DNA of 64,000 nucleotides, taken from NCBI GenBank assembly GCA_965279525.1, contig CBDIIB010000002.1:96001-160000 (forward strand), given 5' to 3'. Shown piece after piece: positions 19,024-28,275 of the stretch (positions within the stretch are counted from its first letter, which is position 1; each line of letters starts with the position of its first letter). The position numbers and the translations under genes were made by a program. Below the pieces are notes generated by a model. The model made no database searches and had not been told where the DNA came from. It worked only from the letters and a program-made list of their open reading frames with translations. The DNA comes from Tagaea sp. GTDB lineage: Bacteria > Pseudomonadota > Alphaproteobacteria > CACIAM-22H2.

Positions 19024-20492
19024 ACCGGGCCACCGGCCACTCGCAGACCACGCTGGTCAGCGGCGCGCTTCTTGTCACGGCGCAGGCTATCCTCAATCTC
19101 GACATGGCGGGTTCGGTCGTCGCGTTCGCGGCCTTCCTGCTCCTGTGGTTCGCCGTCCGCTTCGGTCTTGCCGACCATCCGCACGACCGCTTCGGTGCCG
19201 CGAACGCGCTGACCTACGCCCGCGCGACATTCGTGTGCCTGCTCGCCGGCATCGCCTGCGGGCAGGTGCCCGACGCGCAAGGCCGGTGGATCCTGGTCAC
19301 GGCGGGCGTCGTTGTCCTGGCGCTCGACGGCGTCGACGGGCTGCTCGCTCGACGGCAGGGTCTGGCCTCGCGCTTCGGTGCCCGGTTCGACATGGAAGCG
19401 GACGCCGCCTTCATGCTCGTCCTGTCGATCCTTGCCGCCCGCGTCGGCGACGCGGGGCTCTGGGTCCTGGCGCTCGGCCTGCCGCGCTATCTCTTTGTCG
19501 CCGCCGGCTGGCGCTATCCCTTTCTTGCCGCGGCCCTGCCGCACAGCGAACGGCGGCGCATCGTCTGCGTCGTGCAGGGTCTGGCCTTGCTGGCGGCACT
19601 TGCCCCGTTCGAAGGTGCCGGCATCGCCGCCGCGACGGGGCTTGCCGCCCTGCTCTGGTCGTTCGCGGTCGACTGCCTCTGGCTCTGGCGCAATGCCGCA
19701 AGCCGCGAACCCGAGCCGGTCGCCGGCCGGATCGCCGGCCTGTTCGGCCTGGCTCGCTCGCTCGCCGTCTATTACGGCATCCCGGGCCGGGCGGCACAGC
19801 TCGACCGGTTCTATGGCGCGTTCGTGCACGAAGGCGGGTTGGCCTTCGATGTCGGCGCCCATGTCGGCAACCGGGTCGCGAGCTGGCGGCGGCTCGGCAG
19901 CCGCGTCGTCGCCATCGAACCGCAACCGCGATATGCCGATCTGCTGCGCCGGATATTCGTCGATGATCCGGCCGTGCGCGTGGATGAAGTGCTGCTCGAC
20001 GCCACGCAAGGCACCGTCGCCCTGCACCTGAGCGACCGCCATCCCACGCTGGCGACCGCGAGCGCCGATTTCATGCGCGACGTGCGCGGGGCCCGCGCGT
20101 TCGATTCCGTCGCCTGGAACCGGTCGATCCCGGTCGCGGCGACGACGCTCGACGCGCTGATCGCGCGCGAAGGCCTGCCCGATTTCGTCAAGATCGACGT
20201 CGAAGGTGCCGAGGCGCGCGTGCTTGCCGGCCTGAGCCAGCCGGTTCCGGCCCTGTCGTTCGAGTATGTGCCGGCGGCGAAGTCGGCGGCACTTGCCTGC
20301 ATCGACCGGATCGCGGCACTGGGCGACTACCGTTTCAACCGCTCGACCGGTGAAAGCCACCGTCTGGAACTCGACGAATGGGCCGACGCGCGCACGATGC
20401 GCGCGTGGCTGGCCGCCCTCACGCCGGATGAGGCGTCGGGCGACGTCTATGCCGAATGGCAAGCACGTCGCGATGGCCCACGCGCAAGCTGA
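19020..20492 (+). CDS. CDP-alcohol phosphotransferase fused to an FkbM-family methyltransferase
   Basis: DGVDGLLARRQGLASRFGARFDMEAD matches the CDP-alcohol signature; C-terminal half has FDVGAHVG, IEPQP and KIDVEGAE of FkbM. Confidence 0.85.
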   Translation: MNRATGHSQTTLVSGALLVTAQAILNLDMAGSVVAFAAFLLLWFAVRFGLADHPHDRFGAANALTYARATFVCLLAGIACGQVPDAQGRWILVTAGVVVLALDGVDGLLARRQGLASRFGARFDMEADAAFMLVLSILAARVGDAGLWVLALGLPRYLFVAAGWRYPFLAAALPHSERRRIVCVVQGLALLAALAPFEGAGIAAATGLAALLWSFAVDCLWLWRNAASREPEPVAGRIAGLFGLARSLAVYYGIPGRAAQLDRFYGAFVHEGGLAFDVGAHVGNRVASWRRLGSRVVAIEPQPRYADLLRRIFVDDPAVRVDEVLLDATQGTVALHLSDRHPTLATASADFMRDVRGARAFDSVAWNRSIPVAATTLDALIAREGLPDFVKIDVEGAEARVLAGLSQPVPALSFEYVPAAKSAALACIDRIAALGDYRFNRSTGESHRLELDEWADARTMRAWLAALTPDEASGDVYAEWQARRDGPRAS

Positions 20493-21183
20493 GCCCGCCG
20501 CGCGCGATCTGCGACCGGCGCGCACGTAGCCAGGCATCCAGGTCGAGCGACGGTTCCTGCTCGACGGCAGCCTGCGCGATGCCCTCGACGAGGGCCGCCA
20601 GCAATTCACGATCGCCGACAAGCCAGTCGGATCGCTCGATCGTCACGCGATAGCCGGCACGCGCGGCGATCCGCGCGAATGCGAACGGCGCCTGTGCGCC
20701 GAGTGCGGGGCCGAGGCCCTTTACCCGGCGCTGGTGTCGCGCGAACGCGCCGAGGACCGCGCCGTCCAGCGCATGCGGCACGGAGAATTCGTGGCGGCCA
20801 TCCACGGCCAGATGCATCAGCAGCGGCCGGCCACGCGCATGGCGCACGAGCCGGGCAAGCCACGCGAGGCCCGCAAGATCGATGAGGGCCGTCGAGACAT
20901 AGGCGTCCGCCTGCGGGAACCGGCCGCCGAGCGAGCGGCGGCATTTGCGCACGCGGGGGGCGAGCGACAGGAGGCGCGCATCGCCGTCGACAAGTGTCCA
21001 GTGCATGCCCTTGGGCAGCAGCGGACCGAGCCAGCCGGTCAACGCACCGCGTCCGGCACCTAGATCGACGACGTGCGCACGCGGCTTCAGGGTGCCGGCA
21101 AATCGCATCGCAAGCCTGCGGCTACGCGCGGCTGCATCCGCACCGGCCCGCAAGGCCAGCCAGTCGGCGGAGAAGCCGGTCAT
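20419..21183 (-). CDS. Class I SAM-dependent methyltransferase
   Basis: MTGFSADWLALR..AD.AARS, VVDLGAGRG motif I, WTLVDGD, HQRRVKGLGPALG. Confidence 0.8.
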   Translation of the reverse strand: MTGFSADWLALRAGADAAARSRRLAMRFAGTLKPRAHVVDLGAGRGALTGWLGPLLPKGMHWTLVDGDARLLSLAPRVRKCRRSLGGRFPQADAYVSTALIDLAGLAWLARLVRHARGRPLLMHLAVDGRHEFSVPHALDGAVLGAFARHQRRVKGLGPALGAQAPFAFARIAARAGYRVTIERSDWLVGDRELLAALVEGIAQAAVEQEPSLDLDAWLRARRSQIARGGLSLRVGHRDVLAIRHRRRPTPHPA

Positions 21184-22199
21184 GGTGCGAACTCTTCGAT
21201 CGCCGCCCAGAGCCGGTTTGCTTGCATGCGCCAGTCGGGGAAGCGGAGTGCCGAGGCATTGCGGGCATATAGTCGTCCGGCCGGACCGAGCAGCCGGCGC
21301 AGCGCCCGGGCGAGTGCTGCCGGATCGGCGGGCCGTACCAGCAGCCCGGCGCGCGGCGGAACGACGAGCGGGACCGCACCGGCGCGCACGCCCGCGACGG
21401 GCAGTCCGTGGGCAAGTGCTTCGGCGAATGCCATCCCGTAGCCTTCGTGACGTGAGGCAAGCGCGAACACCGATGCCGCGCGGTAGTAGCTGGCGAGGCC
21501 CGCCATGTCGGTCTCGCCGGCAAGCCGGACGCGCCGGCCAAGGCCGAGGCCGCGGATGTCGGCGCGCACGCCGGCAGCACAGTGCGGGTCGCGGGTCGTC
21601 GAGCCGACGCACAGGCTTGTCCAGCGCAAGTCGCGCAGTCGGGCGAGCGCGCGCAGCAGCGTCCGGTGGTCCTTGCGTGGCGTCAGCGTGGCGACCGTCA
21701 GGATCGTCGGCGGGCGCCGGCGCGCTCTGGGGCGGCGGGCCGCATCGGTACCGGGATCGACCGCGCGGATGCGGGCGGCATCGAGACCCATGGCACCTAG
21801 ATCCTGCACGGTCGCAAGGCTCGTGGCGACGATACCGTCGAGCCGGCGCAGCATCGTTGCCTCGCGCGCGAGAAGGGTGCGCGAAGCGGCTAGTGCCAGC
21901 CCGGTTTCGAGGCCAAGCGGGTGGTGGACGAGGGCGATCGAATTTGCGACCGGCAGCAGATCGGCGAAGGCCGGCAGGGCGAGACCATCGATTAGCAGCG
22001 TCTCGCCCGACCTGCGTCGGGCAAGGCACGCGCGCGCGGCGGCGCTTGCGGCGTCATCGGCATCTGGGTAGCGGCCGGGAAGTTCCTCGAGCGCCACGTC
22101 ATGGCCCGCGGCCCGCCACTCGCCGAGCATGCGCGCGGCGTAGCGGTAGCCGCCGGTCGCCTGATCGATGCGCCCGGGCACGATCAGGCGCAACTTCAC
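21180..22199 (-). CDS. GT4-family (GT-B) glycosyltransferase
   Basis: GTG start overlapping the upstream stop; TGGYRY, LVHHPL, VATLTPRKDH, EGYGMAFAEALAHGLP (EX7E motif). Confidence 0.88.
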   Translation of the reverse strand: MKLRLIVPGRIDQATGGYRYAARMLGEWRAAGHDVALEELPGRYPDADDAASAAARACLARRRSGETLLIDGLALPAFADLLPVANSIALVHHPLGLETGLALAASRTLLAREATMLRRLDGIVATSLATVQDLGAMGLDAARIRAVDPGTDAARRPRARRRPPTILTVATLTPRKDHRTLLRALARLRDLRWTSLCVGSTTRDPHCAAGVRADIRGLGLGRRVRLAGETDMAGLASYYRAASVFALASRHEGYGMAFAEALAHGLPVAGVRAGAVPLVVPPRAGLLVRPADPAALARALRRLLGPAGRLYARNASALRFPDWRMQANRLWAAIEEFAP

Positions 22200-22600
22200 G
22201 GCAGGTCGGCCTCGTAGGCAGCCCAGGCGACGGGTGACTCGCGCAAGAGGACCTTCATGCTCGCGTAGACGCTTGCGGTCGCGGGCCCGAGCGAGTCCGC
22301 GGCGACCTTCCCCTTCAGCAGCTCGAAGATCAGCCCGGCGAGGAACTCGGTCGTCGTGTTGGTTCCCTTGAGTGGCTCGACATCGTCGAGATTGCGGTAG
22401 TCGAGCTCGTCGAGTGCTGCGCGCAGCGTGCGGCGCATCAGCCCGATATCGACGATCAGACCGTCGGCGTCGAGGCGCTTGCGGCGCAGTTCCCACTCGA
22501 CCACGAATGTGGCGCCGTGAACGCGCTGGGCCGGCCCGAAGATCTCGCCCTTGAAGGAATGGGCGACCATGATGTGGTCCTGGACGGTAAGGCTGTACAT
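22196..22600 (-). CDS. Non-canonical 6-pyruvoyl-tetrahydropterin synthase / QueD-family (COG0720) protein
   Basis: T-fold motifs AHSF, HGATF, DYRNLD, NTTTEFLA, ESP.AWA; lacks the CxxxHGH of canonical QueD. Confidence 0.85.
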   Translation of the reverse strand: MYSLTVQDHIMVAHSFKGEIFGPAQRVHGATFVVEWELRRKRLDADGLIVDIGLMRRTLRAALDELDYRNLDDVEPLKGTNTTTEFLAGLIFELLKGKVAADSLGPATASVYASMKVLLRESPVAWAAYEADLP

Positions 22601-22604
22601 TTTT

Positions 22605-23561
22605 CTATCCGTACGAAACGAGGGGAAGGGGCGAAGCGTCGGGTGCCGCGAGCAATCCGGCGTAGCGCTGCGGCAACTCGGCGAACGGCACCGGCGTGCC
22701 GAGGTCGATGCGGTTGGCCGGATCGGCAAGCAGGCGGAGTGCGAGAGCCAGCCGTGCCGAATGGCTGCGCGTGGCGCGCCGGGCCGGGCTGACCGATCCC
22801 ACCTGCGATGCCGAAAGCGTGAGACGGCGCGAATGGAACGCGCCGCCGAGCGCGACGGGCACTTCGCGCGTCCCGTACCAGGAAAGCTCGACGACCGTCG
22901 CCTCGAAACCTGCAAGGCCAATCGCGCGCTCGAGACCGGCCGCCGTGCCCGAGCAATGGAATACGAGATCGCAGTCGCCCGCACTTTCCGCCGCGACGTT
23001 CGCGCGCGCGCGCGCGGCGGGCGAGGGATCGATCCCGGCAAGCTCGATCCCCGGTGTTGCGGCAAGAAGGCGGGTCAGGCACAGGCCGACCGCACCCAAG
23101 CCGACGACGGCGACACGGTCGCCGACGCGCGGCGGATGGTCCCACAGCGCGTTGATCGCCGTCTCGAAATGGGCCGCGAGCGGAACGGCCGTGTCGGGGA
23201 CGCCGTCGGATACGGGCATCGCCGCTGCCGCAGGAACATCGAACAGGTCCTGGTGCGGGTGGAGCGCGAACACGCGCGTGCCCGCCGCATGCCCTTCACC
23301 GGCCACAACGATGCCGGAAGCGCAGTAGCCGTACTTGACCGGGAAGGCGAAGGAGCCGTTCTGGAACGGGGCGCGCATGCGGGCATGCTCGCCCGGCGGG
23401 ACGGCGCCCTCGAACACCAGCCGCTCGGTGCCGCGGCTGATGCCGGAGTATCGCGTCCGGATGCGGACATGGCCCGGTGCAAGCGGTCCCAGCTCGGTCT
23501 CGCGCAGTTCGCAGCGCCCGGCTCCCGAGATCCAGAAGGCGTGCGCGCGGTCAGTCGCCAA
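22605..23561 (-). CDS. Zinc-type (MDR) alcohol/threonine dehydrogenase-like protein
   Basis: YSGISRGTE, FPVKYGY, HPHQD, Rossmann GLGAVG, ELSWYG, SQVG; TTG start inferred. Confidence 0.8.
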   Translation of the reverse strand: MATDRAHAFWISGAGRCELRETELGPLAPGHVRIRTRYSGISRGTERLVFEGAVPPGEHARMRAPFQNGSFAFPVKYGYCASGIVVAGEGHAAGTRVFALHPHQDLFDVPAAAAMPVSDGVPDTAVPLAAHFETAINALWDHPPRVGDRVAVVGLGAVGLCLTRLLAATPGIELAGIDPSPAARARANVAAESAGDCDLVFHCSGTAAGLERAIGLAGFEATVVELSWYGTREVPVALGGAFHSRRLTLSASQVGSVSPARRATRSHSARLALALRLLADPANRIDLGTPVPFAELPQRYAGLLAAPDASPLPLVSYG

Positions 23562-24414
23562 GGCGGCACTCGAACAGCGTGTCGGCGCCCAGCGCGAAAC
23601 GGCGCGTGGGCGGGCGCAGGGCATCGTCGAGCCGGTCGATCGGCGGCAATGCGATCGACGGCCGGCCGGAGCCGATCACCATCGGTGCCACGGCGAGCTG
23701 CAGGCGGTCGACGCGCCCGGACGTCATGAAATGCGACACCGTCCGTCCGCCGCCTTCGACGAGTGCCAGGCGCACGCCGCGCGCATAGAGGGCGTCGAGA
23801 AGGGCGTCGAGATCCATCGCATCGCCCTTGCGCGGGACGAGCAGAGTTTCGGCGCCGTCCACCAAATCGCCGGCCTGACAGCGCGCCAGCAGCGTGGGGG
23901 CCCGGCCGTCGGTAAAGACCTTGCGCCCGGCGGGTGCACGCGCGTCGGGATCGACGACGACGCGAAGACGCGTCGTGCCCTCGCAGCGCCGCACGGTGAG
24001 CTGCGGATCGTCGAGGGCGACCGTACCGGCCCCCACGATCACCGCATCGGCGAGGGCGCGCACGCGATGCAGATGGAGGAGGGCGGCCTCGCAGTTGACG
24101 TAGTGCGAATGACCCGAGAGCGTGGCGATACGCCCGTCGAGGCTCTGGCCAAGCAGGGCCACGACCATCGTGCGCTTCGCACTCGCGCGCGCCGCGACGA
24201 GCGGCAGGAAAATCTCGAAAACGCTTTCGGCGTCGGGCGTGTACTTGCCTGCGCATTGCCAGCCGCCATCCTTCGCCAGCGCCAGCGGGCCGGCGCGGCC
24301 ATCGGGCGTTCCGGCAGCAAGCAGCTGACGCACGAGATTCCACGCATCCGTCCCGTCGATCGTTCGCGGGGCCGAGCGGATCGTGACCTGTGTCGGGGCA
24401 GAGCCGTCTTGCAT
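23551..24414 (-). CDS. RibD-like pyrimidine reductase (reductase domain only)
   Basis: QSLDGRIAT, RALADAVIVGAGTV, DDPQLTVR, VEGGG; no HAE/PCxxC deaminase domain. Confidence 0.85.
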   Translation of the reverse strand: MQDGSAPTQVTIRSAPRTIDGTDAWNLVRQLLAAGTPDGRAGPLALAKDGGWQCAGKYTPDAESVFEIFLPLVAARASAKRTMVVALLGQSLDGRIATLSGHSHYVNCEAALLHLHRVRALADAVIVGAGTVALDDPQLTVRRCEGTTRLRVVVDPDARAPAGRKVFTDGRAPTLLARCQAGDLVDGAETLLVPRKGDAMDLDALLDALYARGVRLALVEGGGRTVSHFMTSGRVDRLQLAVAPMVIGSGRPSIALPPIDRLDDALRPPTRRFALGADTLFECRLGD

Positions 24415-24430
24415 GGGATGGGTCAATCTA

Positions 24431-24628
24431 TCACAACGGGCCGCCGGCCCCCCAGCGCAGCAGCCGGCCGGCCGGCGGGACCCACGCGATGCCCGCCACC
24501 AGATAGAAGACAAGATCGATTGCCCAGTGACCGGGCAGCATCCCGCCGAGCGTGACCGCCAGCGCGACATAGGCGGCCAGGAACGCGAGGATGGCGAGAA
24601 AACCGAGTGCCGATCGGGTGCTTGGCAT
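24431..24628 (-). CDS. DUF2842-like small membrane protein
   Basis: 65 aa, two TM helices, pattern FYLVAGIAWVPP..LLRW. Confidence 0.7.
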   Translation of the reverse strand: MPSTRSALGFLAILAFLAAYVALAVTLGGMLPGHWAIDLVFYLVAGIAWVPPAGRLLRWGAGGPL

Positions 24629-24657
24629 GGCGCATATAAATGTTACGAATGCTGGAA

Positions 24658-25488
24658 ATGTCCAGCCCGAACGGTCCCCTTTCCGTCTACTACGACCGGC
24701 TTTCGCGTTACGGCGCGTGGGCGCGCCTGTTCGGGGGCGATGGCGGCTATGCCCGGGCGACGGTTCACCGTCTGTTGCGCAGCGACGACCCCGAAGTGGT
24801 GCCGGCCGAAGTCATACATTCACGCATTGCCGCACATGTTGCGGCTGCTCCGTCGGCCCGCGTCCTCGATGCCGGCTGTGGCCTTGGCGGCACCTGCTTC
24901 CATTTCGCCCGCAGGTTCGGGTCCGTCTGCGAAGGTCTGACCTTGTCGCCGACCCAGGCCGCACGCGCGACCCGGATGGCCGAGGCTCTGGGACTCTCGG
25001 CAAGCTGCCGATTCCGGGTGGCGAGCTACGACGATCCGCTGCCGGATGGTGCCTACGACCTGATTGTCGCGATCGAATCGCTGGCCCATTCGCCCGACCC
25101 GGCCCGCAGTCTTGCCAACCTCGCGCGCAGCCTTGCGCCCGGCGGTCGTGTCGTCGTCGTCGACGACGTACGCGAGATCGGGGCGGACATCGGCGATGCG
25201 GCGCGCTTCATGGCCGGCTGGCAGGCACCTGGATTCATCGACCATGCGCGGTGGCTGGCTGCCTTCGAAGCGGCTGGATTGCGCGTGGCCGCTGAGGAAG
25301 ACCTCACCGCGCGCGTCCCTGTCCGGCCGGTCGCCGCGCGCGAGACGCTGCTGGCGCTCAACCGGATCGTCTCACTGGTTCCGCATTCGGGCCTGCGCGG
25401 CGTGCTTGCCTCGCATCAAGGCGGACTGGCACTCGAACGGCTCTATTCGGCGGGCGGGGCCTCCTACCGCCTGTTCGTGGCGGTATAG
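24658..25488 (+). CDS. SAM-dependent methyltransferase (sterol/tocopherol C-methyltransferase-like)
   Basis: VLDAGCGLGG, GLTLSPTQ, YDLIVAIESLAH, LAPGGRVVVVD; start could also be 24640 or 24649. Confidence 0.8.
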   Translation: MSSPNGPLSVYYDRLSRYGAWARLFGGDGGYARATVHRLLRSDDPEVVPAEVIHSRIAAHVAAAPSARVLDAGCGLGGTCFHFARRFGSVCEGLTLSPTQAARATRMAEALGLSASCRFRVASYDDPLPDGAYDLIVAIESLAHSPDPARSLANLARSLAPGGRVVVVDDVREIGADIGDAARFMAGWQAPGFIDHARWLAAFEAAGLRVAAEEDLTARVPVRPVAARETLLALNRIVSLVPHSGLRGVLASHQGGLALERLYSAGGASYRLFVAV

Positions 25489-25495
25489 TGCGGCC

Positions 25496-25789
25496 ATGCC
25501 GATTCGCGAGTCCCGCCCGCAGATGCAGTCCGCCGAGACGGTCGCGATCCAGGCGCTCGGCTGGATTGCCGGCGACGAAGAACGGCTGGGCCGCTTCATG
25601 GGGCTTGCCGGCCTTTCGGTCGACGAGCTGCGCGCGCGCGCCGGCGATCCGGAGTTCCTCGGCGGCGTGCTCGACTTCGTGCTGGAGAACGAGGCGCTGC
25701 TGGTCGAGTTCGCCGAAAGCGCCGGATTGAAGCCCGAGGCCGTGCTGCGCCTGCGCCGGCAACTGCCGGGCGCGCCCGTGTGGGAATGA
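25496..25789 (+). CDS. DUF3572-family protein
   Basis: AETVAIQALGWIA...RFMGLAG...DPEFLGGVLDF...LPG pattern. Confidence 0.8.
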   Translation: MPIRESRPQMQSAETVAIQALGWIAGDEERLGRFMGLAGLSVDELRARAGDPEFLGGVLDFVLENEALLVEFAESAGLKPEAVLRLRRQLPGAPVWE

Positions 25790-28275
25790 ACGCGCCGCTG
25801 CCCATCGACGCGGTCCTCGGCGAGCTTTGTGCCGCACTCGCAAAGCGGCCCAACGCGGTTCTCGAAGCCCCGCCCGGGGCGGGCAAGACGACCAAGGTGC
25901 CGCTGGCGCTGCTCGACGCCGAATGGACGAAGGGGCGCAAGATCCTGGTGCTCGAGCCGCGGCGCATCGCCGCGCGCGCGGCGGCCCGGCGCATGGCGCA
26001 GATGCTGGGCGAGAATGTCGGCGAGACGGTGGGCTATCGCGTGCGCCTCGACAGCCGCGTGGGGCCTTCGACACGCATCGAGGCGGTGACCGACGGAATC
26101 TTCGCGCGCCGCATCCAGCGCGATCCCGCACTCGAGGATGTTGCGGTCGTGGTGTTCGACGAGTTCCACGAGCGTGGCCTTGAAAGCGATCTGGGGCTGG
26201 CGCTGGCGCTCGACTCGCAGGCCAATCTGCGGCCCGACCTGCGCCTTCTCGTGATGTCGGCGACACTCGACGGTATCGCGGTCGCGAGGCTATTGGGCGA
26301 TGCGGCCGTCGTGTCGTCGCAGGGGCGTGCCTTTCCCGTGGGCGTCGAATGGCAGGAGCGGCCGGAATTGCGCGACGTCGTCGATGCGACCGCACGCACG
26401 GTCCGCCGCGCACTTGCTGCAGGGCCCGGCGACGCGCTCGTCTTCCTGCCCGGCGTGGCCGAGATCCGGCGCACGGCAGAACGCCTTGACGGCCTTGGCG
26501 GCGATGTCGACGTGATGCCGCTCTATGGCGACCTGCCGGCCGAGGTGCAGGACCGCGCAATCCGGCCGAGCGTGCCGGGCCGGCGCAAGATCGTGCTCGC
26601 GACGTCGATCGCCGAGACGTCGCTGACGATCGACGGTGTCACGATCGTCGTCGATAGCGGCCTGAAGCGTGCACCGCGCTTCGATCCGCGCAGCGGCATG
26701 TCGCGGCTGGAGACAGTCCGCGTGAGCCAGGCTTCCGCCGAGCAGCGCCGCGGGCGCGCGGGCCGGTTGGGACCGGGCACGTGCTGGCGCCTGTGGGGCG
26801 AAGCCGAGCACCGCCAGCTTGCCCTTTTCGACCGGCCGGAGATCGCCGAAGCGGATCTGGCACCGCTCGCCCTCGAACTAGCGGCCTGGGGGATCGCCGA
26901 TCCCGCGACGCTCGCACTGCTGGATCCGCCGCCGGCCGCTTCCTTCGCGCAGGCGCGCTCCCTGCTTGCCGATCTGGGCGCCATCGATGTCGGTGCGCGC
27001 ATCACGCCGCACGGACGCGCGATGGCCGATCTTGCCGCCCATCCGCGCCTAGCCCACATGATGCTGGCGGCGAAGGCACAGGGCCGGGCCGGTCTCGCGG
27101 CCGACATTGCCGCCCTCGTCGAAGAGCGCGACATCCTGCGCGGCTGCCGCGAGGCGGACATGCGCCTGCGTCTCGAGATCCTGCGGCGCGATTCCGAGAG
27201 CCGCCTTCCGCCGGGCGCGAGCATTGACCGGGGTGCCGTCGCACGCGTGCGCGAGGCGGCGCGCGTCTGGCGCCGGCGGCTCGACGTCAAGGGCGAGGAT
27301 GGGCTTTCGGCCGCCGGCTCGGTGCTCGCTTTCGCCTATCCCGATCGCATCGGCAGGCGACGGTCGGGTACCAATGCCAGCTTTCTGCTGTCGAACGGGC
27401 GGGGCGCCTTCTTCGCGGCACCCGAACCGATCGCGGCGGAAGACTGGATCGTCGCCGCGGAACTCGACGGCGGCGCACGCGAGGCGCGCATCTTCTCGGC
27501 ACTGCCGGTGACGCGCGCGGAAATCGAAGCCGACTTCGCCGATCGCATCGTGCGCGAACGGATCGTCGAGTGGGACGCGCGTACCGAGGCGATCGTCGCG
27601 GTCGAGCGCCGGCGGCTCGGCGCCCTGCTGATCGAGGAACGCCCGGCAAAGGATCTCGGTAACGACGAACGACAGGCCGCGATGATCGCCGGCATCCGCG
27701 CGATGGGCCTCGCCTGCCTGCCCTGGACGAAGGCCGGCGAGATGCTGCGCCAGCGCGTGTCGCTGCTGCGCCGCGTCGCGGGCGAATCCTGGCCCGACTG
27801 GTCGGACGAAGCCCTGCTGGCAACGCTCGGGACGTGGCTGGCCCCGTTCCTCGGCAAGGCATCGCGCCGCGCGCATCTTGCCGATCTCGACATCGGCGAC
27901 GCGTTGCTTGCAAGCCTCGACTGGGCGCAGCGAAAGGCGCTCGACACGCTTGCCCCCACGCATGTCGAAGTGCCGACTGGCAACCGCATCGCGCTCGATT
28001 ATTCCGTCGATCCGCCGGTGCTCGCCGTCCGCTTGCAGGAGATGTTCGGATGCCGCGACACGCCGGCACTTGCAGGCGGCAAGGTACGGGTAGTCCTGCA
28101 TCTGCTCAGTCCCGCCCGCCGGCCCGTGCAGGTGACGCAGGATCTGGCCGGATTCTGGCGCGGCACCTACAAGGACGTGAAGCGCGACCTCAAGGGCCAG
28201 TATCCAAGGCATGTCTGGCCCGACGATCCGCTTGTCGCGACACCGACGGCGCGCGCCAAGCCGCGGGGGACGTGA
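25786..28275 (+). CDS. hrpB: ATP-dependent RNA helicase HrpB
   Basis: APPGAGKTT, EPRRIAAR, DEFHER, MSAT, IAETSLTIDG, QRRGRAGR, C-terminal YPRHVWPDDP. Confidence 0.96.
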   Translation: MNAPLPIDAVLGELCAALAKRPNAVLEAPPGAGKTTKVPLALLDAEWTKGRKILVLEPRRIAARAAARRMAQMLGENVGETVGYRVRLDSRVGPSTRIEAVTDGIFARRIQRDPALEDVAVVVFDEFHERGLESDLGLALALDSQANLRPDLRLLVMSATLDGIAVARLLGDAAVVSSQGRAFPVGVEWQERPELRDVVDATARTVRRALAAGPGDALVFLPGVAEIRRTAERLDGLGGDVDVMPLYGDLPAEVQDRAIRPSVPGRRKIVLATSIAETSLTIDGVTIVVDSGLKRAPRFDPRSGMSRLETVRVSQASAEQRRGRAGRLGPGTCWRLWGEAEHRQLALFDRPEIAEADLAPLALELAAWGIADPATLALLDPPPAASFAQARSLLADLGAIDVGARITPHGRAMADLAAHPRLAHMMLAAKAQGRAGLAADIAALVEERDILRGCREADMRLRLEILRRDSESRLPPGASIDRGAVARVREAARVWRRRLDVKGEDGLSAAGSVLAFAYPDRIGRRRSGTNASFLLSNGRGAFFAAPEPIAAEDWIVAAELDGGAREARIFSALPVTRAEIEADFADRIVRERIVEWDARTEAIVAVERRRLGALLIEERPAKDLGNDERQAAMIAGIRAMGLACLPWTKAGEMLRQRVSLLRRVAGESWPDWSDEALLATLGTWLAPFLGKASRRAHLADLDIGDALLASLDWAQRKALDTLAPTHVEVPTGNRIALDYSVDPPVLAVRLQEMFGCRDTPALAGGKVRVVLHLLSPARRPVQVTQDLAGFWRGTYKDVKRDLKGQYPRHVWPDDPLVATPTARAKPRGT

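Noticed and set aside
22196-24414. Housekeeping queuosine (queD) or riboflavin (ribD) genes
   Set aside because: The QueD CxxxHGH motif and the RibD deaminase domain are missing, and no que or rib operon context is present.
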